In this document: positions 23,025-33,633 of the stretch, in pieces
How the letters are laid out: each line of letters begins with the position of its first letter
Position numbering within the stretch: the stretch's first letter is position 1
DNA from: Octopus bimaculoides
Taxonomy: Eukaryota
Direction: 5' to 3'
Assembly: GCF_001194135.2 (NCBI RefSeq)
Contig: NC_068981.1
Coordinates: 89,520,476 to 89,556,547, forward strand
Length of the DNA stretch: 36,072 nucleotides
Position numbers and translations under genes: made by a program
The notes under the pieces: generated by a model
The model's database searches: none
What the model was told of the DNA's origin: nothing
What the model saw: only the letters and a program-made list of their open reading frames with translations

Positions 23025-23234
23025 AACGCAAAACATCAAGACAGTTAGGTGATACAAGAAAGGGACAAAGCATCCAGATAGACGATACAAAGAAAACACG
23101 GACAGGTCATTCGGAATCTGGATCTCGACTGAAGAGAGAAAACTCCGAATGACCTGTCTGTGTTTTCTTTGTATCGTCTATCTGGATGTTTTGTCCCTTT
23201 CTTGTAACACCTAACTGTCTTGATGTTTTGCGTT
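23025..23234. repeat. 91-bp-arm palindrome with a 28-bp spacer, derived from a PLE-associated terminal repeat
   Basis: 23025-23115 versus the reverse complement of 23144-23234 shows 3 mismatches. The arm and spacer are related to 30560-30710. Confidence 0.9.
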
Positions 23235-24117
23235 NNNNNNNNNNNNNNNNNNNNNNNNNNNNNNNNNNNNNNNNNNNNNNNNNNNNNNNNNNNNNNNNNN
23301 NNNNNNNNNNNNNATATATATATATATATATATATATATATAGCAGCGTACGTACAACTTAGATAGATGGGATATTTTGGTTATCACATTTACAGTCTTA
23401 TGTCCATATTAACTATACTTACGGAATTCTCCATGTGATAGATTAAGTAAACAAAGCGAGAAATTTTCATTAAGTTTCTCTTCATATCTTCTACGGAAGT
23501 ATCCCTTCGGGAAATAATAAATATAGAAGATTATTGTTAGTTAATTTAAATAATAATTCTTTTATACCAACTAATTGAAGTAGATAAAAGAGTTGTTGTA
23601 TTGAAGATGTAATTGTTCATATATTTTTTGTTGCAGTTACACATAGGAGGAGACTTAGATATTTAGTTGTGTACATTTATACATATACATATATTATTGT
23701 TTTATGTTGTGGCGACAAGCGACTATTTTGGACATGAAAGGGTTTCAGTGGGTATGTGTTTAAGATATAATGAAGTGAATTTCGATAGTTGTGGATTGCA
23801 CTTACTTGATTGTATTGTCCGTTAAAGTGGTTTTGTTGCTTTTTAAAATTTAATTGATGTATGATTGAATAGTTAACGCTCACGCTCACACTTATAAAGC
23901 AGACATTTGAATTAATTTTTACAATCCAGTCATCCTTTCATACGGAGTTTCGTCGTTTTCTAAATCAAAGACCCTGAATTGACTATATATATAATGGAAT
24001 TGTAATTATGTATATCAGAAAAAATATATATAAGTCGAAACAATTTGTTGACCTTTTATGGTTTTTATAATTATTTATGTTATATAATATTATGCTATAA
24101 AAATATAATATTATTTT

Positions 24118-24441
24118 GTCGGATGAATGAACACCGCCTTCCCAAGATCTGTCTCTACGGTGAACTGTCTGACGGAAAACATCCTCGTGGAGCCACCTTG
24201 AGGCGGTACAAGGACCAACTCAAATCAACCTTGAAAAGCACCAACATCGAACACGCACACTGGGAGGATATCTCGGCAAACAGACCCCTCTGGAGACACA
24301 CCATCAAAACGGGTTCAGCGGACTTCGAGAAAGCCCGAGTCGCAAGAGCTGAACTCAAGAGACGGGAGAGAAAGCAGCGCCTTCTCCTTCCCAAACCAAC
24401 CCCTTCTATCCCTTGTCCACAATGTCCCCGTATGTTTCATG
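24118..24441 (+). mobile_element. RTE-clade LINE 3' coding fragment (second family), cut by an assembly gap
   Basis: Open frame RMNEHRLPKICLYGELSDGKHPRGATLRRYKDQLK...WEDISANRPLWR...CPQCPRMFH, the RTE C-terminal region with the start of a zinc finger. Confidence 0.9.
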
Positions 24442-25729
24442 NNNNNNNNNNNNNNNNNNNNNNNNNNNNNNNNNNNNNNNNNNNNNNNNNNNNNNNNNNN
24501 NNNNNNNNNNNNNNNNNNNNNNNNNNNNNNNNNNNNNNNNNNNNNNNNNNNNNNNNNNNNNNNNNNNNNNNNNNNNNNNNNNNNNNNNNNNNNNNNNNNN
24601 NNNNNNNNNNNNNNNNNNNNNNNNNNNNNNNNNNNNNNNNNNNNNNNNNNNNNNNNNNNNNNNNNNNNNNNNNNNNNNNNNNNNNNNNNNNNNNNNNNNN
24701 NNNNNNNNNNNNNNNNNNNNNNNNNNNNNNNNNNNNNNNNNNNNNNNNNNNNNNNNNNNNNNNNNNNNNNNNNNNNNNNNNNNNNNNNNNNNNNNNNNNN
24801 NNNNNNNNNNNNNNNNNNNNNNNNNNNNNNNNNNNNNNNNNNNNNNNNNNNNNNNNNNNNNNNNNNNNNNNNNNNNNNNNNNNNNNNNNNNNNNNNNNNN
24901 NNNNNNNNNNNNNNNNNNNNNNNNNNNNNNNNNNNNNNNNNNNNNNNNNNNNNNNNNNNNNNNNNNNNNNNNNNNNNNNNNNNNNNNNNNNNNNNNNNNN
25001 NNNNNNNNNNNNNNNNNNNNNNNNNNNNNNNNNNNNNNNNNNNNNNNNNNNNNNNNNNNNNNNNNNNNNNNNNNNNNNNNNNNNNNNNNNNNNNNNNNNN
25101 NNNNNNNNNNNNNNNNNNNNNNNNNNNNNNNNNNNNNNNNNNNNNNNNNNNNNNNNNNNNNNNNNNNNNNNNNNNNNNNNNNNNNNNNNNNNNNNNNNNN
25201 NNNNNNNNNNNNNNNNNNNNNNNNNNNNNNNNNNNNNNNNNNNNNNNNNNNNNNNNNNNNNNNNNNNNNNNNNNNNNNNNNNNNNNNNNNNNNNNNNNNN
25301 NNNNNNNNNNNNNNNNNNNNNNNNNNNNNNNNNNNNNNNNNNNNNNNNNNNNNNNNNNNNNNNNNNNNNNNNNNNNNNNNNNNNNNNNNNNNNNNNNNNN
25401 NNNNNNNNNNNNNNNNNNNTTTTTCTTAAATAACATCGGTGGTGTAGAGTAGGGAGGTTGGTATATATGGGCGACTGCTAGTCTTCCGTAAACAGCCTTG
25501 CCCGAACTTGTGCCCCCAGGGGTGGGTGGGAGTTTCTAGGTGCAATCCCATGGTCGTTTATGACCGAAGCGAGTCTTTACCTATATAGTCTTGAATCACT
25601 AGCAAAGTGTCTTTAAAAGTGACAACAAACAGATCCTTAATTTACAGAAATAAGAATGGGAGACCGAATCAAATTTAGATTACATCAAAGTTCCGCGAGA
25701 GAGTGTGTGCGCGTGTGTGTGGGCGCGCG

Positions 25730-25774
<45 letters not shown>

Positions 25775-25875
25775 NNNNNNNNNNNNNNNNNNNNNNNNNN
25801 NNNNNNNNNNNNNNNNNNNNNNNNNNNNNNNNNNNNNNNNNNNNNNNNNNNNNNNNNNNNNNNNNNNNNNNNNNG

Positions 25876-26088
25876 TCAAGCAATGCTAGGGGGATAAACA
25901 CAGACACACAAACATACACACACATATATGTACGTGTATACGACGGGCTTCTTTCAGTTTCCGTGTACCAAATCCACTCATAAGTCTTTGGTCGGCCCGA
26001 AGCTATAGTAGAAGACACTTGCCCAAGATGCCATGCACTCGTACTGAACCCGGAACCATGTGGTTGGTAAGCAAACTGCTTACCACAT
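25876..26088 (-). mobile_element. SINE family A: head, microsatellite core and start of the 3' half
   Basis: Matches 516-690 and continues through a CA tract into gtcaagcaatgctagggggataaac, linking the head to the 3' half. Confidence 0.85.
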
Positions 26089-27229
26089 GATGGTATAGGA
26101 ATATCGGTACATCCATACAGACAATTTTTCAGTAAATAAATTTTCGTATTCCTGCAATTTACATATGGGAGATTCTGAATATGCAATCACCCCCGTATAA
26201 TCTAGAATAAGCAGGGAATAAAAATGGCTCTGTAAAGATGAGCCTGAAATAAGTGTATTGTTTGTATTTTTCTCTCTCTTCGAACGTCAGTACTTTCCCA
26301 TCCTCACTCTCCCTTAAAAAGTCTAAAAATCATAAGTGAAATGTAATAAAGATGAAATTGGATTCCGTTAATATTTTTGCATATTCGGAATCTTTGTTAA
26401 CGGTAGGAATCCGAAAAAAATTTNNNNNNNNNNNNNNNNNNNNNNNNNNNNNNNNNNNNNNNNNNNNNNNNNNNNNNNNNNNNNNNNNNNNNNNNNNNNN
26501 NNNNNNNNNNNNNNNNNNNNNNNNNNNNNNNNNNNNNNNNNNNNNNNNNNNNNNNNNNNNNNNNNNNNNNNNNNNNNNNNNNNNNNNNNNNNNNNNNNNN
26601 NNNNNNNNNNNNNNNNNNNNNNNNNNNNNNNNNNNNNNNNNNNNNNNNNNNNNNNNNNNNNNNNNNNNNNNNNNNNNNNNNNNNNNNNNNNNNNNNNNNN
26701 NNNNNNNNNNNNNNNNNNNNNNNNNNNNNNNNNNNNNNNNNNNNNNNNNNNNNNNNNNNNNNNNNNNNNNNNNNNNNNNNNNNNNNNNNNNNNNNNNNNN
26801 NNNNNNNNNNNNNNNNNNNNNNNNNNNNNNNNNNNNNNNNNNNNNNNNNNNNNNNNNNNNNNNNNNNNNNNNNNNNNNNNNNNNNNNNNNNNNNNNNNNN
26901 NNNNNNNNNNNNNNNNNNNNNNNNNNNNNNNNNNNNNNNNNNNNNNNNNNNNNNNNNNNNNNNNNNNNNNNNNNNNNNNNNNNNNNNNNNNNNNNNNNNN
27001 NNNNNNNNNNNNNNNNNNNNNNNNNNNNNNNNNNNNNNNNNNNNNNNNNNNNNNNNNNNNNNNNNNNNNNNNNNNNNNNNNNNNNNNNNNNNNNNNNNNN
27101 NNNNNNNNNNNNNNNNNNNNNNNNNNNNNNNNNNNNNNNNNNNNNNNNNNNNNNNTTAATATATAAAAAAAATGTTTAAGGTTCTAAAATGTTATTTACC
27201 TCATTTATAAATTAATTCAATTCTTCGAT

Positions 27230-29221
27230 CTTTCTGGGCAAATATATCTATCACATTTTCATAGAAATCTTCTCTTTTCATCAATTATTGTAATAAATCT
27301 TTTTCTATTGACATTAGTGCTAACCCAGACAGTCTTCTTTCTCCTGTCGCATTTCTTTGGTATGTTTTGATTCTACTTAATGCAGAAAAGGATCGCTCTA
27401 CAGAAGCAGTGGTAGACGGAATTGTCAAAATCAACTTGCACAGATTGAAGAGTTCTGGCATAGCTTCAACAAGGTCACTGCTGTAAATGTAACTCATTAA
27501 ATGACTTAACTTCGCTTTTTAAAATCTTTCATTGAAAACGTCACATTCAGCTCACTTTGGAATCGAATTGCATCAAAAATCTGCCATAACTGATTTTTAA
27601 AGAATCTGTAGAGTCCACAGGAAATTGTTTGCAACATTCATCAACTTTGTTGAGATTCAAAAGTTCCATGAATTTAAACTCTTCTAAGGATGAATATAGT
27701 GCTTTTATTTGGTCAACTACTGTACTGATAATTTTGTTACAATGCATTCTAATAATGTCATTGAGGCTCAATAGGTATATTTTTGGATCTCTGAATTCCG
27801 ATTCCTGCATCGACTCCATATGTTTCTCATAACATATCATAAAAGATTGAAAAATTATCAAGTTTGTTTTGGAGTACAGCTCTAGTTTTATCTATTTGCT
27901 CTTTACAATACACTATGTCATGACTTTTACTCTGGATATTAAATAAGACGTCAGTAAAAGAAAAAATGTCACTGAATGTCTAACAAAAATAAGAAATCAC
28001 TGGTTTGACAGACCAGTGAAGATAGAAGCTGTATCTAGATGACTTTCCATTTTTTTGTCATATTTACTGNNNNNNNNNNNNNNNNNNNNNNNNNNNNNNN
28101 NNNNNNNNNNNNNNNNNNNNNNNNNNNNNNNNNNNNNNNNNNNNNNNNNNNNNNNNNNNNNNNNNNNNNNNNNNNNNNNNNNNNNNNNNNNNNNNNNNNN
28201 NNNNNNNNNNNNNNNNNNNNNNNNNNNNNNNNNNNNNNNNNNNNNNNNNNNNNNNNNNNNNNNNNNNNNNNNNNNNNNNNNNNNNNNNNNNNNNNNNNNN
28301 NNNNNNNNNNNNNNNNNNNNNNNNNNNNNNNNNNNNNNNNNNNNNNNNNNNNNNNNNNNNNNNNNNNNNNNNNNNNNNNNNNNNNNNNNNNNNNNNNNNN
28401 NNNNNNNNNNNNNNNNNNNNNNNNNNNNNNNNNNNNNNNNNNNNNNNNNNNNNNNNNNNNNNNNNNNNNNNNNNNNNNNNNNNNNNNNNNNNNNNNNNNN
28501 NNNNNNNNNNNNNNNNNNNNNNNNNNNNNNNNNNNNNNNNNNNNNNNNNNNNNNNNNNNNNNNNNNNNNNNNNNNNNNNNNNNNNNNNNNNNNNNNNNNN
28601 NNNNNNNNNNNNNNNNNNNNNNNNNNNNNNNNNNNNNNNNNNNNNNNNNNNNNNNNNNNNNNNNNNNNNNNNNNNNNNNNNNNNNNNNNNNNNNNNNNNN
28701 NNNNNNNNNNNNNNNNNNNNNNNNNNNNNNNNNNNNNNNNTAATAGCAGTTCTTGAGAACTGCTCTAGTCCCGGTCAAAAAGTAGAACCAGCTAACACAG
28801 AGATAGAGAGGTGGGGGGGTCATGCTATTATCAGAAAGCATTACTTCCTATGGTAAATTTGTGGAATCACTGACAGAGAGAGGAAGGGGTACAAAATATA
28901 TATGCTATGGGTCTTAGCATATCTTTTGACAGGTCACTAAGAGAGAGAGAGAGAGGAAGGAAGGAAGGTCAAACTAACATAGATAGGGAGTGAGGGAGTG
29001 TCTATATGCGAGATTCTCAATGCATGCCTTCTCAAAGCAAAAGTACTAGTCACTGAGAGAGGGGAAGGGGAGACAATATTTCGAAAACAACTGGACGGAT
29101 ATTTCTTTGCAAGAAAGTAACTATTATCTAATTTTCCGATGATATGGTTAAAAATAATTGGACATGCAGCGCTACAGAGCATGCAGCGCATAACTTGCAT
29201 GTCTGAGAGTGCACGCCCCTG
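27230..29221 (-). mobile_element. hAT transposon, decayed, with a candidate 5' terminus at 29221
   Basis: hAT C-terminal dimerisation motif PELFNLCKLILTIPSTTASVERSFSALSRIKTYQRN...RLSGLALMSIE (27285-27497), plus an upstream helical fragment at 27547-27861. A minus-strand terminus-like sequence CAGGGGCGTGCAC lies at 29221; its linkage across the gap is inferred. Confidence 0.75.
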
Positions 29222-29289
29222 GTATATACATACTTATATACATACACATATATATCCGTACACACACATAATATAAATACATACATACA

Positions 29290-29551
29290 CAGGTGGACTA
29301 GCCAGGTTGCCAGCTTGCTCGATGGCAATTGGGCCCCTCTGCCATTAGAATCTCAGTTGTCTATCCCTTCAAATTTGAGAATTTTTTATTCACTCTTGGA
29401 AGAATGCATTAATTATTTCAGCCTGGCTGTGTTTGTAGACAGTTGAAAAGAATACTTTTAACAAAAAAAAAACTTAAATGGTAGCCGTGTAGCTGCGGGT
29501 GGACCCCTTAGTCTCCTGACAACCAATATTTTTACAGCCAGTACGCCACTG
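29290..29551. mobile_element. possible small hAT-type MITE
   Basis: Degenerate inverted ends CAGGTGGACTAGCC / CAGTGGCGTACTGGC; no clean TSD. Confidence 0.4.
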
Positions 29552-29578
29552 CATATATATACGCATACATAGGTTCAG

Positions 29579-29745
29579 GGCGCAGGCATGGCTGTCTGGC
29601 AAGCAGTTTGCCTCCCAATCACATGATTCCAGTTTCAGTCCCATTGTGTGGAACCTTGGGCAAGTGGCTTCTACTGTAGTCTCGGGCCGACCAAAGCCTT
29701 GATAGTGGATTTGGTAGGCGGAAACTGAAAGAATCCCGCCTTATA
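29579..29745 (+). mobile_element. SINE family A, 5' head (diverged)
   Basis: GGCGCAGGCATGGCTG...TTCAGTCCC...CTCGGGCCGACCAAAGCC...GGAAACTGAAAGAA. Confidence 0.8.
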
Positions 29746-29984
29746 NNNNNNNNNNTATATATATATATATAAGGGTGATAAATTGGATATTAATTTAATT
29801 AACACCAATTTAAAACCAGTAGCCTAACATAACGAAAATTCTGAAAATTCAGAAAAATTATATTACACACATGTGAGAAGGGATGACCACTAAGTGGACA
29901 TCCTTTACGCTAGAAATCGAAGCGCATATATTTGGTCCCCTATATATACCTGTATATATGTACGTACATATATGTACCTACGCC

Positions 29985-31112
29985 GCTATATGCTTATAAA
30001 AAAAGAACGTAACAGGCGACAAAACATACGGACAGTTGTACGACACAAAAAGGACAGGAAAAGACAAGGCCGAAAAGAAACGGAGAAATCGTCACAATTA
30101 CAAACACAAACAACTGGACATAAACAACTGGTGTCTTTCGACTAAGGACGAATTAAATTAAGCTGGCGTATGCGGAAGTGAAGCCTTACGGCAGGAACAT
30201 AGAAGGTGGAAGTCATGGGAAGGAATATAAGAGATGCTACTCAGATAGTAGTCGAATCAAGAAAGAAAGGTCCGAACACCAGTCACGTGGAAGGAGAGAA
30301 GAGAGGTACGGGTTAGCGGGACTGAAAAATTAGGGAGGGACGAGATAGAAAGAAAAAAGAAAGGGACAGAGTGAGGTAAAGAAGGAGGGAAAGTGATGAG
30401 ATTGAAGGGAAGGCCAAGAAATGTGAGAGAAGGTGAGAGCGAGAAAAAGGAAAGTAGAAGGAACAAAGAACGTGTGAAAGGGGCTAAAGAAAAGATTAAG
30501 AGTCGTACAGAATTTAGGTAAGTGTATTACATACGGGAAACCAAATGTGTACGTACGAAGCTATATGTATGTATAAAAAAATGGAACAAGAATTAACTGG
30601 CGACAAGACATACGGATAGTTAGACTATACAAAAAAAAGGACAGGAAAAAAACAAGGACGGGTAATTCGGAGCTTTCAATCTTCAGTCGAGTACCAGATC
30701 GTTCTAGCAGTTTCGGACGGTTATTCACGAGTCTGCTCTAGCCTGGCCGGCCCCAAGAAAATCTAAGCTACGAGCACTAGATTCTTTGGAAGAAGACAAG
30801 CGAATATATACGAAAACAAGGACGAAATACGAAGAAATGGTACACAATTACAAATACAAACAACAGGACATAAACAACAGGTGTCTTTCGACTAAAGACG
30901 AATTAAATTAAGCTGACGTGTCCCTCCCTAATTCTTCAATCCCTCTACCCCTACCTCTCTCCTCTCCTTCCACGTGACAAGTGTTCGGCCAAGCCTGACC
31001 TTTCTTTCTTGATTCGACTACCATCCGTGTAGCATCTCATATTCCTTTTCAGACTTTCATCTTCTATGTTCCTGTCACAAGGCTTCACTTCCACACACGC
31101 CAGCTTAATTTA
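29985..31112 (-). mobile_element. rearranged PLE-associated terminal repeats (direct and inverted duplications)
   Basis: 29985-30070 resembles 30560-30660. 30093-30165 resembles 30843-30915. 30916-31112 is an inverted copy of 30154-30342. Related to the 23025 palindrome. The duplications are seen directly; the PLE origin is inferred. Confidence 0.6.
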
Positions 31113-31517
31113 CATATACACACATACACATGCAGACACTCCCACACACAAGCAAACACACACTCAGATACACATATTTATATATATAGTCAATTAATAA
31201 AACATATATCAGAAAAGAAGCACGCTCTAAAGAATAGACGAGTAATTATTACAACAAAAATTTTAATTTTGGACATAGAATTACCAAAGGTTTCGTACCC
31301 ACAAAGAATTACCAAAGGTTTAGTACCCACAAAGCCAAAGCACTGCGGACAACACGCCAGACTCTATACAAAGACAAATAATTAAACTTTCTGTGTCACG
31401 GACGTTTGGGAACTGTCAGAAAACGAGATTTAAGTCCTAACATACAAAAATGTTAATGAAGACGGGCTGTCTCCCCTGAACTAGAGAATAAAACAACTCT
31501 TATAGATCTGAGGAAGT

Positions 31518-32110
31518 CTAACCAGCAAACAGGGGGATCCAGTTTTCCAGTTGATGGCGCTTGAGGAAGACACATTTAGAAAACACTTCTTTACAACTAT
31601 TTAACGCGTCAGGTTTAGTATAGTCCTTAAGAATTTTAGCTTTCTCCGCAATGCAGATTTAGCAACGGCCACTTCCATTAAAATATGGGCCTGAATGATC
31701 TACTATTCTCCACCTGATATCACACGGGGTCACTTGATCTTTCTGGTGCCACACATAACTGGCCAGGAACGTGACAAATTGTCATTCTGGGACTCTGAAG
31801 AATGACTGGTGGTTACGGTAGCAACGTTTCAAATATTTACAAACTTGGGATGCGGCCATATTCGCACTCCTGATAGGCTGCAGGCCTGGGAAAGCTGTTG
31901 GCAACACTCCTGCTGACACAGTTGATATGGCGCAAAGTTCTGGTGGTGTTTCACCGAGGTTATCAATACTGGTCATATAGTTGGCGATATAGCTGCCGGC
32001 GTTAGTGTGGATGCAGCCGGTGGTAAAATATGGTGCGGAGCCAGTCATCCCATCGGTGTCGAAGATAATTGTTTGGTCACCATCTGTGGTTGTGGAACTG
32101 GGAACGCCGG
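31518..32110 (-). mobile_element. Penelope-like element, decayed linker plus GIY-YIG endonuclease C-terminus
   Basis: KRCYRNHQSFFRVPE*QFVTFLASYVWHQKD...DIRWRIVDHSGPYFNGSGRC*ICIAEKAKIL...LNSCKEVFSKC matches the recalled PLE pattern KxRYxNHxxSF...LSxYIWxLK...IxWxI...PY.NG..RCxLCxxEK..I...LNxxxExxSKC. A PHHIL...SY linker-like piece lies upstream. Confidence 0.78.
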
Positions 32111-32319
32111 ATACCTCCCCTGTGTTGCTGGTCCAAGATTGCTCGTCATCTCTAGGTGTGGTGACTGTACTGGTGGTAGCATATGATGCAGGGATCGTCA
32201 CTTTATCTGTGTCTATGAAAATAGTTTGTCATAAACACAGATAAATAAATATATATATCTTTATATGTATTCTAGTAGAGATACCTGACGTTGCTCGGGA
32301 TTAAAACGGCATAGTTTGA

Positions 32320-33025
32320 ATATACACACATACACACACGCACACACGCACATGAAGGCACATATTCCCCCTACACACACAACACACACTCACACAATTA
32401 CACATACACGCACACAATTACACATACATGGGCATATACACAAACGCATACACACACGCACGCACACGCACGCACACGCACGCACACGCACGCACACGCA
32501 CGCACGCACGCACACGCACGCATGCACACACACAGAGGAACGCACATACATTCTGCACACATTACCCCACTCACAACCTCACGCACACACATATACACGC
32601 ACATGCACACACATACACACACATACACACACACACGCGCACACACAGACCCATGCACACACTACACTTAAAACACACACACAGGAAATGCATACACGCA
32701 CACGCGTACATACACACGCACACACACACACTTCAATCCGCCAGTCAATCACCTTTCTACTGACCGTTCCTCTGCACATATGTGAAGAGACACACAACTA
32801 CACAAAAAGACCAGCACTCCTGCTACTATGCAACTGAATTCCTCCTACAACATTAAGCGACACAAAGTTCACTCACACATACACATATAAACAGCCAAAA
32901 CCACACACATACACACGCAGAAACAACACATACACACGCAGAGACAATACATGCACACGCAGAGACACGTGCTATTACACGCACTTGCGCGCATGCACAT
33001 ACCCACACATACGCACACATACATC
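32320..33025. repeat. long compound CA/CACG-rich low-complexity tract
   Basis: Visible directly; it generates the HT/VC-rich ORFs. Confidence 0.9.
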
Positions 33026-33158
33026 CTTCTCTTACACTCTCCTGTCTTAGAAAGAACTTTTTCATCACCCATTCCCTTCCGGTCACTTCAAAATGTAACC
33101 ACATGTGAATCATTGGCAATTTTCTTCCTCCGTCTTCCTCTCTATTGGACTTTCCAAT

Positions 33159-33193
33159 GTTTCCGAAGAAGAGCGTTGCTCGAAACGTTAGAC
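33159..33193 (+). ncRNA. minimal type I hammerhead ribozyme motif (PLE type) with a U4C core variant
   Basis: GTTT-CCGAAGA-A-GAGC(GTT)GCTC-GAAA-CG-TT-AGAC. Stem I GUUU/AGAC, 4-bp stem II, palindromic ACGU stem III. Embedded in a pyrimidine-rich PLE-like tail (~33030-33290). Confidence 0.65.
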
Positions 33194-33289
33194 CATCATT
33201 CTTTCTTTCCCTGAGCGTTTGCTAATACTTTACATGAATCACATACTCGCGACTTTGAGTTTTTTGTGTTTGTTCTTCTTTTGGGGATT

Positions 33290-33292
<3 letters not shown>

Positions 33293-33357
<65 letters not shown>
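33293..33357. repeat. (TA)n microsatellite (~32 units)
   Basis: Visible directly in the sequence. Confidence 0.98.
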
Positions 33358-33360
<3 letters not shown>

Positions 33361-33507
33361 ACTACTTACATTTGACGGATATTTGTCCTCATCTTGTTTA
33401 TTGTTAGCACAACGTTTCGGCTGATATACCCTCCAGCCTTCATCAGGTGTTTGGGGGAAATTTCGAACCTGGATTCTCATTCGTAAGGTATATTTCGATG
33501 TTGTTAC

Positions 33508-33566
<59 letters not shown>

Positions 33567-33633
33567 TCGCTGCCAGGAATGGAACTAGCAATCTTGGGTT
33601 TAGTAGCCCGCGCTCGTAACCATTACGACATAT
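33358..33633 (-). mobile_element. non-coding retroelement: tRNA-like head, (AAT)n spacer, hammerhead ribozyme
   Basis: Head at 33633-33563: TGTCGTAATGG (A-box-like), loop CTACTAA, AGTTCCATTCC (B-box-like). Then ~(AAT)20, a unique linker, the hammerhead and a 3' tail ending at the (TA)n tract. Confidence 0.7.
33407..33451 (-). ncRNA. minimal type I hammerhead ribozyme with canonical core
   Basis: Minus strand: AACAC-CTGATGA-A-GGCTG(GAGGGTATAT)CAGCC-GAAA-CG-TT-GTGC. Intact CUGAUGA and GAAA, 5-bp stem II, stem I CAC/GUG. Predicted GUU cleavage between 33411 and 33410. Confidence 0.8.

Noticed and set aside
23116-23160. Hammerhead-like CTGAAGA-GAG-AAAA-CTC-CGAAT (also ~30665-30690, minus strand)
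   Set aside because: Both copies have GAAT rather than GAAA and no proper stem III-UH or stem I, so it is not supportable as a canonical ribozyme.
4279-28841. Long ORFs full of X (e.g. 24045-25433, 26352-27179, 28035-28841, 9462-9911)
   Set aside because: They are open only because they cross N gaps. Only the RTE portion 24118-24441 and the CR1 portion 20558-20912 are real coding relics.
31276-31334. 28-bp direct repeat pair read as CRISPR-like
   Set aside because: There are two adjacent copies with no spacer in a eukaryotic context; it is a simple tandem duplication.
32272-32312. CTAG...CCTGACGTTGCTCGGG resembling a Helentron/HINE end
   Set aside because: A single short degenerate motif with no other end visible.
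32316-33214. His/Thr- and Val/Cys-rich ORFs (also near 780, 2000, 4030, 20200)
   Set aside because: They are translations of CA/GT microsatellites.
33563-33633. Functional tRNA gene (anticodon ACT)
   Set aside because: No acceptor stem, a weak anticodon stem and a mutated B-box; it is a SINE-type head.
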